Source: an uncultured Candidatus Peribacteria bacterium (GTDB lineage: Bacteria; Patescibacteriota; Gracilibacteria; CAIRYL01). From it: a DNA stretch of 64,000 nt. A program made the translations under genes and the position numbers. The notes beneath the pieces are model-generated. The model ran no database searches, had not been told where the DNA came from, and saw only the letters and a list, made by a program, of their open reading frames with translations. Location: NCBI GenBank assembly GCA_964532505.1, contig CAZHIF010000003.1, forward strand, positions 21,237-85,236. Direction: 5' to 3'. Shown in pieces: positions 9,077 to 19,042 of this stretch (the stretch's first letter is position 1; each line of letters begins with the position of its first letter).

Positions 9077-9826
9077 CTACCGCAACACCTCTTCCAACAC
9101 CAAAGAAGTTTCTGTTTTCTCATCTCGATATTTCACAATAATTGCACAATTGGCAGAGAGTCCTAGCAATGCCCCCCATTCATTTGAAACGGGGCGTGAT
9201 CCCGGAATTACCACTGCCCCAGCAGGAACTTCTCCTTTGAGGATCGTTTGATTAACCATGTCATAAATCGGTACCGCAGCAGAGAGATGTACTCCCGGCG
9301 CCAACACCGCTCGAGATCGCACCACTACTCCTTCGGTGACGATCACCCCTGCTCCCAAAAACACATCATCTTCTATAATAACTGGCCTGTTTCCAATAGG
9401 TTCCAATACTCCTCCAATCTGCACAGCAGTGGAAAGATGCACTCTTTTTCCGATCTGCGCACAAGACCCCACCAGCACATGCGAATCTACCATGGTTCCT
9501 TCGTCGATATATGCTCCGATGTTGATATACGAAGGAGGCATAATGATTACACCTTTTGAAATATATGCTCCAGATCGCACAGAAGATCCACCCGGAACCA
9601 TTCGCACTCCATCTTCAAGAGAGAATTTTCTTGGAGTTAGAAGGTTTTTATCGGGAAACCCCGAATAGGCAGGATTTTTATACCCCATGTCGATCATGGT
9701 AGAATCTTTGAACACTTGTAAAATGCCCTGTTTTACTTCCATATTTGCCACCCATTCATCTCCTTTTTTTTCTGCAGCGCGCAGTGATCCAGATTCTAAT
9801 GCCCGAAGAAACGAAATGCTATCCAT
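9077..9826 (-). CDS. dapD: 2,3,4,5-tetrahydropyridine-2,6-dicarboxylate N-succinyltransferase (hexapeptide-repeat)
   Basis: Collinear with remembered E. coli DapD: LESGSLRAAEK, MPSYINIGAYIDEGTMVDS..VGSCAQIGKRVHLS..VQIGGVLEP....PVIIEDD.F.GA. Confidence 0.9.
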   Translation of the reverse strand: MDSISFLRALESGSLRAAEKKGDEWVANMEVKQGILQVFKDSTMIDMGYKNPAYSGFPDKNLLTPRKFSLEDGVRMVPGGSSVRSGAYISKGVIIMPPSYINIGAYIDEGTMVDSHVLVGSCAQIGKRVHLSTAVQIGGVLEPIGNRPVIIEDDVFLGAGVIVTEGVVVRSRAVLAPGVHLSAAVPIYDMVNQTILKGEVPAGAVVIPGSRPVSNEWGALLGLSANCAIIVKYRDEKTETSLVLEEVLR

Positions 9827-10151
9827 AGAGTTGTAAAAATAAGTGCTTTAAAAATGGTGGAGTGGGTGAGGTCTGAAATCGTACTCGTCCAGATTATTAA
9901 GCTACCACCCCTTATCACCTTTTGTATAATACAAAAAAAGATCGTTTTCCAACAGTTATTTTTTGTGAAACCCAGATAATTACCTCCGATACCACTATCG
10001 CATCATTTTGATATTGTTTTTGTAAAAGCTTTTTATACTGTGCAATCTTCAAAAGATAATTAATAATATCTTTAATTGAATTGCAATATTGCTTTCTTTC
10101 AAAAAACACCATTTTCTGGTATTATGATCTGAAAATTTTCAAATATCATAT

Positions 10152-11579
10152 ATGCACACGAATACTTATTCGCACCGCTTGGCAGAGCAAATTCCTCACA
10201 AAACCCCGAAGGGAGTGCTGGAGAAAAAGAAAAAATATTGGAAGCCTCTTTCTTCGCAAAAATATTTGCAGAAGAAATTTCGACAAATGGCATTTCTGTT
10301 TTCTTCCATAGCTCTTTTTATTGGGCTTTCTAGCCCCTCTTTTGCATTTGCAGCCCCTAACTTTGAGATTTCCCAGTGTGATGAGACTTCATGCTCTGTG
10401 GTGAATAGTGTTTTAATATCTCCCAATGCCAATCAAACCATCACCATTCGAATCGGTATCAAAAATCCAGATCAAAATGCTATTTATTCAGTGCAAAGCT
10501 GGTTGAAATATAATCCCCAAGTGTGGGAAGTGGTAGAATTATCTGATGAACATTCTGATTTTGAACTGGCAGCACCTGGTGAATTTAAAGCCAAGGCTGA
10601 TACTGGTGAAATTCGTATCGGTCGAGCAGTGGCAGGAACCGCCATCACTTCGCCAAATGCGATTGTGGCAGATATTACTCTGAAATCAAAAAAAGACCCT
10701 ACTTTTTCCACCATTTCATGGATTGATTTTATCAGTAATGATATTGGAAAAACGGCAATTGTGGGACTCAATGGGAATGCACCTATCAACTTACTAAGCA
10801 CGAAGCCTAAAGATATTACGTTTAATAGAGCTACTACTTCAATTCCTTCAAAAAATACTTCTTCCAATAATATTTCATCTGGTTCGACAAAAAATGTGTC
10901 GGGAAATACCTCTGGAAATTATGGAGCGCAAAACAACAATGCTTCTTCCGCTGTAGTGCAAAACCAAGGAAAAACCGATACACAGCTGAATAATCCGAGT
11001 ATGAATTTTGCGGATATTCCACGTCCAAATGGGCTCAGAAGCCGAACGCATAAAGATGGAAGTGTGGATCATCTGTGGCAAATGGGAACCGATCCGAAAA
11101 TAACAGGATATTATTTGTATTATAGTACTTCATCTGGAGTATATATGCACCGACGAGATGTTGGGAAGACTAATACGATAACCTTTCCTTCGGGGTTTTT
11201 TGAAAAAGGAAAGCGAGTGTATTTTGCCGTGCAGGCATACACTTCCGCACAAGCGGTATCCGATTTTTCTGATGAAACCTATCTTGTGGTGGGAACTGTG
11301 GGATCTGAAAGCCATCCTTTTTTTGAACAGATTTTTCCAAATGCTGTGAGTGTAGGAGTGAGTGGTGCAAATGCTTACTATGGAAAGCCTGGGCAAACAA
11401 CGTCTCTCGCTCAGGCGGATTTGACAGGGTCGTCGCAAGCTACTGCAAACAAATCAATTCAAGCAAAGCCAAAAACCAATACACAGTCTGGAATTGAGAT
11501 TCCTCCATATGTGTTGCTGATTCTTGGAGGAATTGCTTTGCTTTTTTCCAGAAGGTTTTTGATAATGAACAAAAGATAA
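10152..11579 (+). CDS. membrane-anchored surface protein with a cohesin-like domain, Ser/Asn-rich linker and FN3-like domain
   Basis: Signal peptide MAFLFSSIALFIGLSSPSFAFA, so the true start may be the ATG at 10287. A cohesin-like beta pattern spans about 10359-10797. A low-complexity S/N tract spans about 10840-10990. An FN3-like segment (GYYLYYSTS...YFAVQAYT) spans about 11020-11295. The C-terminal TM plus basic anchor is YVLLILGGIALLFSRRF. Confidence 0.6.
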   Translation: MHTNTYSHRLAEQIPHKTPKGVLEKKKKYWKPLSSQKYLQKKFRQMAFLFSSIALFIGLSSPSFAFAAPNFEISQCDETSCSVVNSVLISPNANQTITIRIGIKNPDQNAIYSVQSWLKYNPQVWEVVELSDEHSDFELAAPGEFKAKADTGEIRIGRAVAGTAITSPNAIVADITLKSKKDPTFSTISWIDFISNDIGKTAIVGLNGNAPINLLSTKPKDITFNRATTSIPSKNTSSNNISSGSTKNVSGNTSGNYGAQNNNASSAVVQNQGKTDTQLNNPSMNFADIPRPNGLRSRTHKDGSVDHLWQMGTDPKITGYYLYYSTSSGVYMHRRDVGKTNTITFPSGFFEKGKRVYFAVQAYTSAQAVSDFSDETYLVVGTVGSESHPFFEQIFPNAVSVGVSGANAYYGKPGQTTSLAQADLTGSSQATANKSIQAKPKTNTQSGIEIPPYVLLILGGIALLFSRRFLIMNKR

Positions 11580-11585
11580 GATGCT

Positions 11586-14500
11586 ATGAAGATTTTTTTA
11601 CTATCGCATTTTTCGGGTGACGAATACACGAACTCTTTTGTGGAACACAGAAGGGTGAGGTTTGCTGATATTGAACAGAATGAAGGAAAAAATCTACAAA
11701 ATAGAGAAAAATCTCAAGACCCAATAACTATTGAAGAAGAAGATAAAAAAAATGAAATTCGGGATGGAATAAAAAAAGCATTGCAAGAGCCAAATGAGGA
11801 AACGAAAAAAAAGAATATTAAAGAACTCAAAGATAAATACGGACAAAGGGTGGAAAAAATTTTAGAAGAAGATAAAGAAGCAGGATATTGGATTACAGAA
11901 GATGTAAAGACGCACGATTCGGTGATGAATATTTTGGAGGAAAAAGAAAAAACAGAAGAAACAAGTTTTTTGGAATTTGTAAAAGATGCGTACATAAAAG
12001 ATTTTTCCGAAATTCCAAAAGAAAAGCTTTCTGCATTTTTAGCAATTCCATTGCCCAAAGCATTACAATTGCTCGAAAAAAATCCAGAATACAAAAAAAA
12101 ATATTTATCATTTCTTAAGACACTTTCTTCCGAAAATAAAGAAGTACAAAAATGGGTTTTGAGCTATACAGAAAAATTTACAGGAGAAGAAACGGCATAC
12201 GTAAAATTACCCGTAGAAGCCAAAGAACATTTTATTCGGTTGCATCAAGAAATGCTTGGGAAAAAAGGGAATAAGCTCATAGAAGCAATAGAAAAACACA
12301 CCAAAGATGATGTGCAATCTATCGCCGAAATTACCAAAGCCAATGCATCATCAGAAGTGCAGACGGAAGATGAGTTGTTGCAAAAAATACGCCAGCATTT
12401 CAACGATCCTGTGCTGTTGAAAACCCTTAAAGGTATATCTCTTAGAAATAACACAGAAAATGAAAAATCTCTTCAGTCTGATATGATCGATGAAGTGGTG
12501 AAATATGTGTTGCAAAAACAAAAAGAAAACACAGAATATACTGAAGCAGGAATAAAAGCCCTGCAAAGAGATTACGAGGCTTTGCATCAGATTATATTTG
12601 AAACTGTTGGCACGGTGGCATCTTCTAAAAAAATAGAACACCTGCGAATACAATTAAAAGAAACACAAGAGAATATTCAAAAGCTACAAGAAGGTTTACA
12701 GAATGGATTTTCTAAAACTGGATTTTTACCAAACGATAGCGACGATTATAAAGATGCAAAAAAAATAGATACGTTTTTGCAATCGTTTGACAGTCTGTCA
12801 AAAAAATCATTTGGAGAAACCATGATAAACATGCGTCGAGCGTATGAAGCGAGCATTGTTGAGATCAATGCAGAAAAAAAACAATACAGGAGGACAAAAA
12901 ATATTTCCTCATGTTTACAAAATTTGCAAGCAAAGGGTATTAGCGTTGATCCTCAAAACCTGCGTGCACATTTCGAAAATCAAAAACAGGGAGATATTCC
13001 ATTAGAATGGATTACATCACTTTTTGCATTATTGCCACCAGAGCGCAGAAATATTGATCTCAAAATATACGCTCCATATATCAAAAATCCACTGCAGCAT
13101 ACCGAAAAAATAGACCCCAAAATGCTTGCTGGTATTTTGAATGCAGAGCCTTCAGCAGGGCTTACTTATCTCTATTCAAAAAATAACAACATTATTGCCA
13201 CAGAGGCAATCGTTGATCATTTAGAGCAATCAACCAGCTCTTTGGTGAATCAATTGCAGTATGAACTGCAAGGGAAAAACAGTAAAGAGGTGATAATGGA
13301 AGCACTTGAAAGGTTTTCTAACCCAGAATTTTTTGAGAATATCTATAAAAAACTTTCACTTATTTTTAATGAGATAGAAAATACTATCAAGACTAATCTC
13401 GAAAAAAACCCAACGCTTAAGGCAAATATGCTATGGGAATTTGGACAAAAAAAAACAAAGATACCAATGCTTCCTCTTGATAGGATAGATTGGAAACAAG
13501 GAGCTTCTCAGTTTTTATTAGAAATGCAGGATTTTTTGAAAAGTGAAAATCCCAAAAACGCAGAAGATATTATTCAGATAATGAACCAGTCGGCTGATGT
13601 TTTGGAGGACAGAATGCTCATGCCGTGGCAAAAAAAACTATTCGAAGTGAAAAAATATTCACAAGATCCAGAAACTTGGCAGAAAAAGTTGGATGCTGAT
13701 GTCTATGCAGAAAAAAATCCATCTTCTGCATACAATTCATTACACGCAGAATCTCAAAGTGTTGAAATACACGAAAAACACTTCAAAGCATTGCAAGAAG
13801 CTTTTTTAATCGCTTCGAGAGGAGAGGGTTTTTCTTTAAATGGAACACTTGCGCTTCAAAATCTTTTAAATCAAAAAACAAAAACAGGGACGCCTCTTAT
13901 CATACCTCGAAACTTCAACAATTCTGAGGAAAAAGTGATATTAATGAACCAAGAAAGTGCATCATACAATAGAACAACTGGGCAAATTGAAATAAGTCAT
14001 GATTTATACAATGCTCTCAAAAATTTCAAAAACAATGAAGCTCCTTATAATCTTACAGAAAAAGGATTAGGTGCATTGTGGCACGAAGTTGGGCACTTGC
14101 TTGTGGATAGTATTTCGCATGCAAACCAAATATCAGACCAAAAAAATATTTCAGAACTAGTGCCTTCTTTTGCCGATATGGTGAAGGGGAAAATGGGTGC
14201 AGAAAAATATGCACAGCTTATTGCTAAAGCAACACCTCTCATCACAGGGGATCCCGCATTTGCCGAAGAGGAATTATGTATTATGCTGTGGGAATTTCTG
14301 CAAATTTCTCCCGAAAAACGAGCTACAACACAATATGCAGAAAATTCTTTGGGGAGAATTGTACAAGAAATATTTAGAAATGTTGGAGAAAAAAGTATTC
14401 GTGATTTTTTTATGACCAAAGTGCAGCAATTGATCATGGAAAATGCGAAAACAATGCCTCAATATTTTACATACCCAAAAAAAGAACAAAGGCTCTACAA

Positions 14501-16859
14501 TCAAAACACTGGAGAAATACTCAACACATCATCTCAAGAAGAAGGCAATGCCACAAAAAATGCTTCACCCGAAATAAAAATGGGGAAAGCAGATCGGGAT
14601 AAAAAATTAGAAGAGTATAATAATAAAGTAGCCGATCTCAAAAAAAAGATAACCGATATTGAAAAAATTATAAAAGAAACACAAAATTTGCCCAACAATA
14701 TGGTTGAAAAAATACAAAAAACCATAAAAGATTGTAATGCCATTATGGCGTATGGAAGGCAAAAAATTGCGACAGAAAACCTCACAGCAGAACAAGCCAC
14801 AAGCATTATTATACAGCTAAGCAATCGACAGCCAATCGATGAAAATGGCGATAAAAAAGTGGAAAAAAAGGATAGCACTTCAGTGGAAGGAGTTTTGAAT
14901 GGAATCTTGAAAGCGATGAGTGATTTTCCTATAGACGAAAGAAGTGGCGTACAAAAATTTTGGAACAATGTAGAATTTTTGGCACTAGATGATCTGAAAG
15001 CACCTTGGAAAACACTAAAAGATTATATCAAACAACGATGGAGGGATCAGCAATCACTGAGAACCAATAAGGTATTTTCGAGTATTGTTCCAAAGTGGGG
15101 ATGGCTTACGGGGCTTGAAAATGAATTTAGTAATGCTGAGGAGGGTAGTCGTTCAAAAATTGTGAAAAAATATGCTGATGGAATCGCCAATGAAGAAAAT
15201 AGCTATATTTCAACAATCTTCCTTCCCAACGTGACAAATCCAGAAGCGTTGCTAGCGGCTGTGAAGCACTTGTGTAAAGGAGGGAATATGAAATGGGTAG
15301 AATCAGCAGGGAAAGCGGTGGCACAAAAACTTCAAGAATTTGGAAGCGGGGTAAAGTTTTATAATAGCGATTTTAAAGACGAGCTCGTAATGCGATTAAA
15401 ATTTAAAAAAGCATTTTATCGAGTATACGGAAAAGAAACGCTATACGATAAATTGTATACCGAAAATAAGGCCGCAAATGAAGGATCTGTGGAAAAAGGA
15501 ATAGATCAAGTAAGTAAACTTACCTATTCTGGAAGTGATCAGATTAGAGATTGGATACGGCAGAAATGTATATATAAAAAGGAGCCAAAAGAGTTTTATG
15601 TGAAAGGGCAAATATTGGAAGGGTTTATTATTGGAAATTATCTTGATGGAAATTTTGACAATCCAAACGAAGTAATTTTTTATATGATTATGGGAATTGC
15701 TCAAGGGATTATTGGGGCTGACGCTTGGGGAAGAGCTTGGGGGAAGGTGGGGTCAAATCCTCTATTTAATATTCTTAATGGATTTTCTGGAGACAAAGAG
15801 AAAATGATTGAATGGCAAAAAGAAATATTGTGGGATGAGCAAATGCAAGATTTCAGAAAACCATGGGATCCTCCGCCTCCTTGGTTTGATGCGTGGGTGG
15901 ATAATACATTGGTGGCCAATACTGTTACTGCTACTCGAGTGATGAAAACAGGGGCTCAAACGGTGAATTATGATCATGATAATACATATTTGATACTTTC
16001 TCATTCGTATGCAGAAGGAGCGGATCGTGTTTTGCAAAGTGGGTATGGAGGGCAAGAACAGCCCACTCGATTTAACAATATTCCAAGTGGAACGATGCGG
16101 GTTTTTACCAGCTTTGCTTTGAATAAAAAATCTAACGAAAAGGCTCCTTCTGAGGATTTTTTGAGACACATGGGGTATTACTCTACTATTTATGGATTAG
16201 GAGTTCTTGATAATAAAGAACCCGATAATCCAAACATTCGACGATATACATATGGAACAGAAGTGCTGCGGCAGAATCCTCGAGGAACAGGGAGGGGATA
16301 TAATTCAGATATGAAGATTAATGATTATTTTGTAGCACAAAATGAAATGTTTTTGAGCATGGCAAAAATTCCGAGTCAAGAACAGGGATTTGCAGCATTT
16401 TTGAACCTTCTCTATTCTCCAGAATCTCGAATGCTCACGAGTGAACAATTTGGAGAGGAACTCAAGAGAATATATGAATCATCTGCAACTTTTAGAGAAT
16501 CATTAGAGGGAATGAAAACTGATTTTAGAGGAAGGAATTCATATGTGTTCACGAGTATGGTGCCTGCAGTGTTTAAATATTATTTAACACCCAAAGGAGA
16601 TACAGAGCGTAAGCTGTACTCAAAAAAATCATCAGAATTAAACTATGCAGTTATGATGCAAACGATTGATGATATTTCATCGGGGAGGTACAATCCTGCT
16701 TGGGCAAATCAAAAAGACATGAGGGTTGTACATCCTCATTCTACGGCTGGATATCCCCCTCAAAGAGTTCCAGATGTATTTATGAAAAAAGAAAAAACAG
16801 CGTTGAGTTGGAACAAGGACGGATCTATGAATAAAAAAGATTTTACAAAAGCTGCATAA
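11586..16859 (+). CDS. giant hypothetical protein (1757 aa) with a single HEXXH (HEVGH) motif
   Basis: An uninterrupted 5.3-kb ORF starting 6 nt after the preceding gene. The N-terminal half is Lys/Glu-rich and coiled-coil-like. HEVGH lies at 14082-14096. I saw no signal peptide, TM segment or P-loop. Confidence 0.85.
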   Translation: MKIFLLSHFSGDEYTNSFVEHRRVRFADIEQNEGKNLQNREKSQDPITIEEEDKKNEIRDGIKKALQEPNEETKKKNIKELKDKYGQRVEKILEEDKEAGYWITEDVKTHDSVMNILEEKEKTEETSFLEFVKDAYIKDFSEIPKEKLSAFLAIPLPKALQLLEKNPEYKKKYLSFLKTLSSENKEVQKWVLSYTEKFTGEETAYVKLPVEAKEHFIRLHQEMLGKKGNKLIEAIEKHTKDDVQSIAEITKANASSEVQTEDELLQKIRQHFNDPVLLKTLKGISLRNNTENEKSLQSDMIDEVVKYVLQKQKENTEYTEAGIKALQRDYEALHQIIFETVGTVASSKKIEHLRIQLKETQENIQKLQEGLQNGFSKTGFLPNDSDDYKDAKKIDTFLQSFDSLSKKSFGETMINMRRAYEASIVEINAEKKQYRRTKNISSCLQNLQAKGISVDPQNLRAHFENQKQGDIPLEWITSLFALLPPERRNIDLKIYAPYIKNPLQHTEKIDPKMLAGILNAEPSAGLTYLYSKNNNIIATEAIVDHLEQSTSSLVNQLQYELQGKNSKEVIMEALERFSNPEFFENIYKKLSLIFNEIENTIKTNLEKNPTLKANMLWEFGQKKTKIPMLPLDRIDWKQGASQFLLEMQDFLKSENPKNAEDIIQIMNQSADVLEDRMLMPWQKKLFEVKKYSQDPETWQKKLDADVYAEKNPSSAYNSLHAESQSVEIHEKHFKALQEAFLIASRGEGFSLNGTLALQNLLNQKTKTGTPLIIPRNFNNSEEKVILMNQESASYNRTTGQIEISHDLYNALKNFKNNEAPYNLTEKGLGALWHEVGHLLVDSISHANQISDQKNISELVPSFADMVKGKMGAEKYAQLIAKATPLITGDPAFAEEELCIMLWEFLQISPEKRATTQYAENSLGRIVQEIFRNVGEKSIRDFFMTKVQQLIMENAKTMPQYFTYPKKEQRLYNQNTGEILNTSSQEEGNATKNASPEIKMGKADRDKKLEEYNNKVADLKKKITDIEKIIKETQNLPNNMVEKIQKTIKDCNAIMAYGRQKIATENLTAEQATSIIIQLSNRQPIDENGDKKVEKKDSTSVEGVLNGILKAMSDFPIDERSGVQKFWNNVEFLALDDLKAPWKTLKDYIKQRWRDQQSLRTNKVFSSIVPKWGWLTGLENEFSNAEEGSRSKIVKKYADGIANEENSYISTIFLPNVTNPEALLAAVKHLCKGGNMKWVESAGKAVAQKLQEFGSGVKFYNSDFKDELVMRLKFKKAFYRVYGKETLYDKLYTENKAANEGSVEKGIDQVSKLTYSGSDQIRDWIRQKCIYKKEPKEFYVKGQILEGFIIGNYLDGNFDNPNEVIFYMIMGIAQGIIGADAWGRAWGKVGSNPLFNILNGFSGDKEKMIEWQKEILWDEQMQDFRKPWDPPPPWFDAWVDNTLVANTVTATRVMKTGAQTVNYDHDNTYLILSHSYAEGADRVLQSGYGGQEQPTRFNNIPSGTMRVFTSFALNKKSNEKAPSEDFLRHMGYYSTIYGLGVLDNKEPDNPNIRRYTYGTEVLRQNPRGTGRGYNSDMKINDYFVAQNEMFLSMAKIPSQEQGFAAFLNLLYSPESRMLTSEQFGEELKRIYESSATFRESLEGMKTDFRGRNSYVFTSMVPAVFKYYLTPKGDTERKLYSKKSSELNYAVMMQTIDDISSGRYNPAWANQKDMRVVHPHSTAGYPPQRVPDVFMKKEKTALSWNKDGSMNKKDFTKAA

Positions 16860-16925
16860 CAACGCGTTTCTTTTCTATTGTAAAAAATAAGAGTATACTT
16901 CTTTTGCCTTTTTATTTTTTTGTGT

Positions 16926-17897
16926 ATGGCTTCAATGCTCACCGGAATACAGTCCAGCGGAATTATCCATATTGGAAACTATTTTGGATCTATTAAGCCT
17001 TCTTTGGAGATGTGTAAAAATCATGATATTTCATATTTAATGATTGCAGATTTACACAGCCTTACAACGGTGAAAGACGCTGAAGTTTTAAAAAATAATA
17101 TTTTTCAATTAGCAGCTACTTATTTAGCTTGCGGAATGAATCCAGAAAAAACAACTCTTTTTAGAATGAGTCAAGTTTCAGCTCATGCAGAACTGGCGTG
17201 GATTTTATCATGCCATACTCCCATGGGAATGCTCGAAAGAGCCCATTCGTATAAAGATAAGCAAGCAAGAGGACTTGAAACCAATGTTGGGCTTTTTACC
17301 TACCCTGTCCTGATGGCGTGCGATATTTTGCTCTATGATGTGGATAAAGTGCCTGTAGGGAAAGATCAAAAACAACATTTGGAAATGACTAGAGACATTG
17401 CTGAACGATTTAATTTTGCCTATCAAAAAGAGGTTTTCAAACTCCCAGAGCCGATTATTTCTGAGAGTACAGGGGTTGTTCCGGGAATCGATGGACAAAA
17501 AATGAGTAAAAGCTACGGAAACACCATTCCACTATTTGGCGAGGAAAAAGAAATCAAAAAACGAGTAATGCAAATCGTTACCGATTCCACTCCTTTGGAA
17601 GATCCAAAAAAACCAGAAACTTGTAATGTGTTTACGCTCTGTAAATTATTTTTATCGAACGAAGAATTGGCGAATTTGGAAGACCGATACCGAAGCGGAG
17701 GAATGGGGTATGGACATGCCAAAACAATGCTGTGGGAGGCCATGCAAAAAACCTTTACCCCGATGTGGGAGAAAAAACGAGAACTTGATCAAAAGCCTGA
17801 TTTTATAAAAAGCGTTCTAGTGGAAGGCACGAAAAAAGCAAATGCCATTGCTCAAAAAAAATTAGTAGAAGTTTTTGAAATTGTAGGCCTAAAATAA
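16926..17897 (+). CDS. trpS: tryptophan--tRNA ligase
   Basis: Class I motifs: a HIGH-like IHIGNYFG and KMSKS. Typical size. First ATG at 16926. Confidence 0.95.
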   Translation: MASMLTGIQSSGIIHIGNYFGSIKPSLEMCKNHDISYLMIADLHSLTTVKDAEVLKNNIFQLAATYLACGMNPEKTTLFRMSQVSAHAELAWILSCHTPMGMLERAHSYKDKQARGLETNVGLFTYPVLMACDILLYDVDKVPVGKDQKQHLEMTRDIAERFNFAYQKEVFKLPEPIISESTGVVPGIDGQKMSKSYGNTIPLFGEEKEIKKRVMQIVTDSTPLEDPKKPETCNVFTLCKLFLSNEELANLEDRYRSGGMGYGHAKTMLWEAMQKTFTPMWEKKRELDQKPDFIKSVLVEGTKKANAIAQKKLVEVFEIVGLK

Positions 17898-17919
17898 CCA
17901 CTATCTAATATCTAATCGC

Positions 17920-19017
17920 ATGAAAACACTGTTGGTTGACATCTCACCAAAAACCGAAAGCAAAGACGTTCAATCTCGTCGTGCTGAAGAACTTAAAAGC
18001 CTTATCACCACACATGGAGGAATGGAAGTGCAAGAAATTTTTTCCAGAAAAATGGAGACCGATTTAAAGCTGTTTCTCAGAAAAGGAATTTTGGAGGATA
18101 TTCAAGATTTTTGTAAGTCGAATAACATCAAGAGAGTGGTGCTCGGGAATATTCTCAAGCCTCGGCAGATCTATGAGCTTTCTGAAATCTTTAGAAAAAT
18201 AGGGGTAGAAATCTGGGATAAAGTCGATCTCATCCTGCAAATCTTTACTCTGCATGCGCAAAGCTCTGAAGCCAAATTACAAATTCAACTTGCCAAAATT
18301 CGCCACATGGGTCCGCGGATTTATAAAATGGGAGGAGATGAACTTTCAAAACAAGGAGGGGGAAGCCGAAATGCAAAGGGGCAAGGGGAGACCAACACCG
18401 AAATAATGAAACGGCATCTCAAGCGAGAAGAGCAGCAGATTATTGAAAAGCTGAAAGACGTGGCTCGAACAAAATGCTTACATCGTCAGAATAGAAAGCG
18501 AAACCAAAAACAAACTATTTCATTAGTTGGATACACCAATGCAGGAAAGTCAAGTCTGATGAATGCACTTTCTAAAAAAGGAGTGGTGGTAAAAGATGTT
18601 CTTTTTCAGACGCTGGATACTAGAGTGGGGCTTGTATTTTTACCACAAAGCCGAAAAGAAGTTTTTATCTCTGACACCATTGGGTTTATTGCAGATTTGC
18701 CCCCTGAACTTATTTCTGCTTTTGCATCTACCCTTGCTGAAAGCATGCATGCCGATGTTTTATTACATGTAGTTGATGTGTCTGATCCACGACGAGAAGA
18801 AAAGATAAAAGTGGTGGATGATATTTTGGAAAAATTGGAAATTGCTGATAAATCACAGATTTTGGTCTTCAACAAAACCGATAATGCTCCAAAGCGCTTT
18901 GGAAAAATTAAATTGGAAAAAAAATACAAAGATCGCCATCCAGTATTTGTTTCGGCGCACAATAAAGAAGGGCTGGATGATTTGCGAATTACGATTGAGA
19001 AATACCTTCCGGTATAA
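17920..19017 (+). CDS. hflX: GTPase HflX
   Basis: HflX N-terminal domain with coiled linker (LQIQLAKIRH...GETNTE), then a G domain with GYTNAGKSSLMNAL, DTIGFI and NKTD. Confidence 0.9.
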   Translation: MKTLLVDISPKTESKDVQSRRAEELKSLITTHGGMEVQEIFSRKMETDLKLFLRKGILEDIQDFCKSNNIKRVVLGNILKPRQIYELSEIFRKIGVEIWDKVDLILQIFTLHAQSSEAKLQIQLAKIRHMGPRIYKMGGDELSKQGGGSRNAKGQGETNTEIMKRHLKREEQQIIEKLKDVARTKCLHRQNRKRNQKQTISLVGYTNAGKSSLMNALSKKGVVVKDVLFQTLDTRVGLVFLPQSRKEVFISDTIGFIADLPPELISAFASTLAESMHADVLLHVVDVSDPRREEKIKVVDDILEKLEIADKSQILVFNKTDNAPKRFGKIKLEKKYKDRHPVFVSAHNKEGLDDLRITIEKYLPV

Positions 19018-19042
19018 GGGATATTATTCAGAGGCTTCTTTG

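Noticed and set aside
9854-9912. A tRNA-like fragment on the minus strand. GGGGTGG ... CCACTCC-A-CCA could form a 7-bp acceptor-like stem with an encoded CCA.
   Set aside because: Only about 39 nt lie between the two arms, and I could fold no D-, anticodon- or T-arm (no TTCRA loop). It is too short for a tRNA, so it is most likely a chance stem in the dapD upstream spacer. It might merit a covariance-model scan, but I cannot support a call.
11586-16859. A dockerin module in the 1757-aa protein to match the upstream cohesin-like domain (candidate NYLDGNFDNPNEV).
   Set aside because: There is only a single weak EF-hand-like stretch and no duplicated 22-residue Ca-binding repeat, so a canonical dockerin is not supported.
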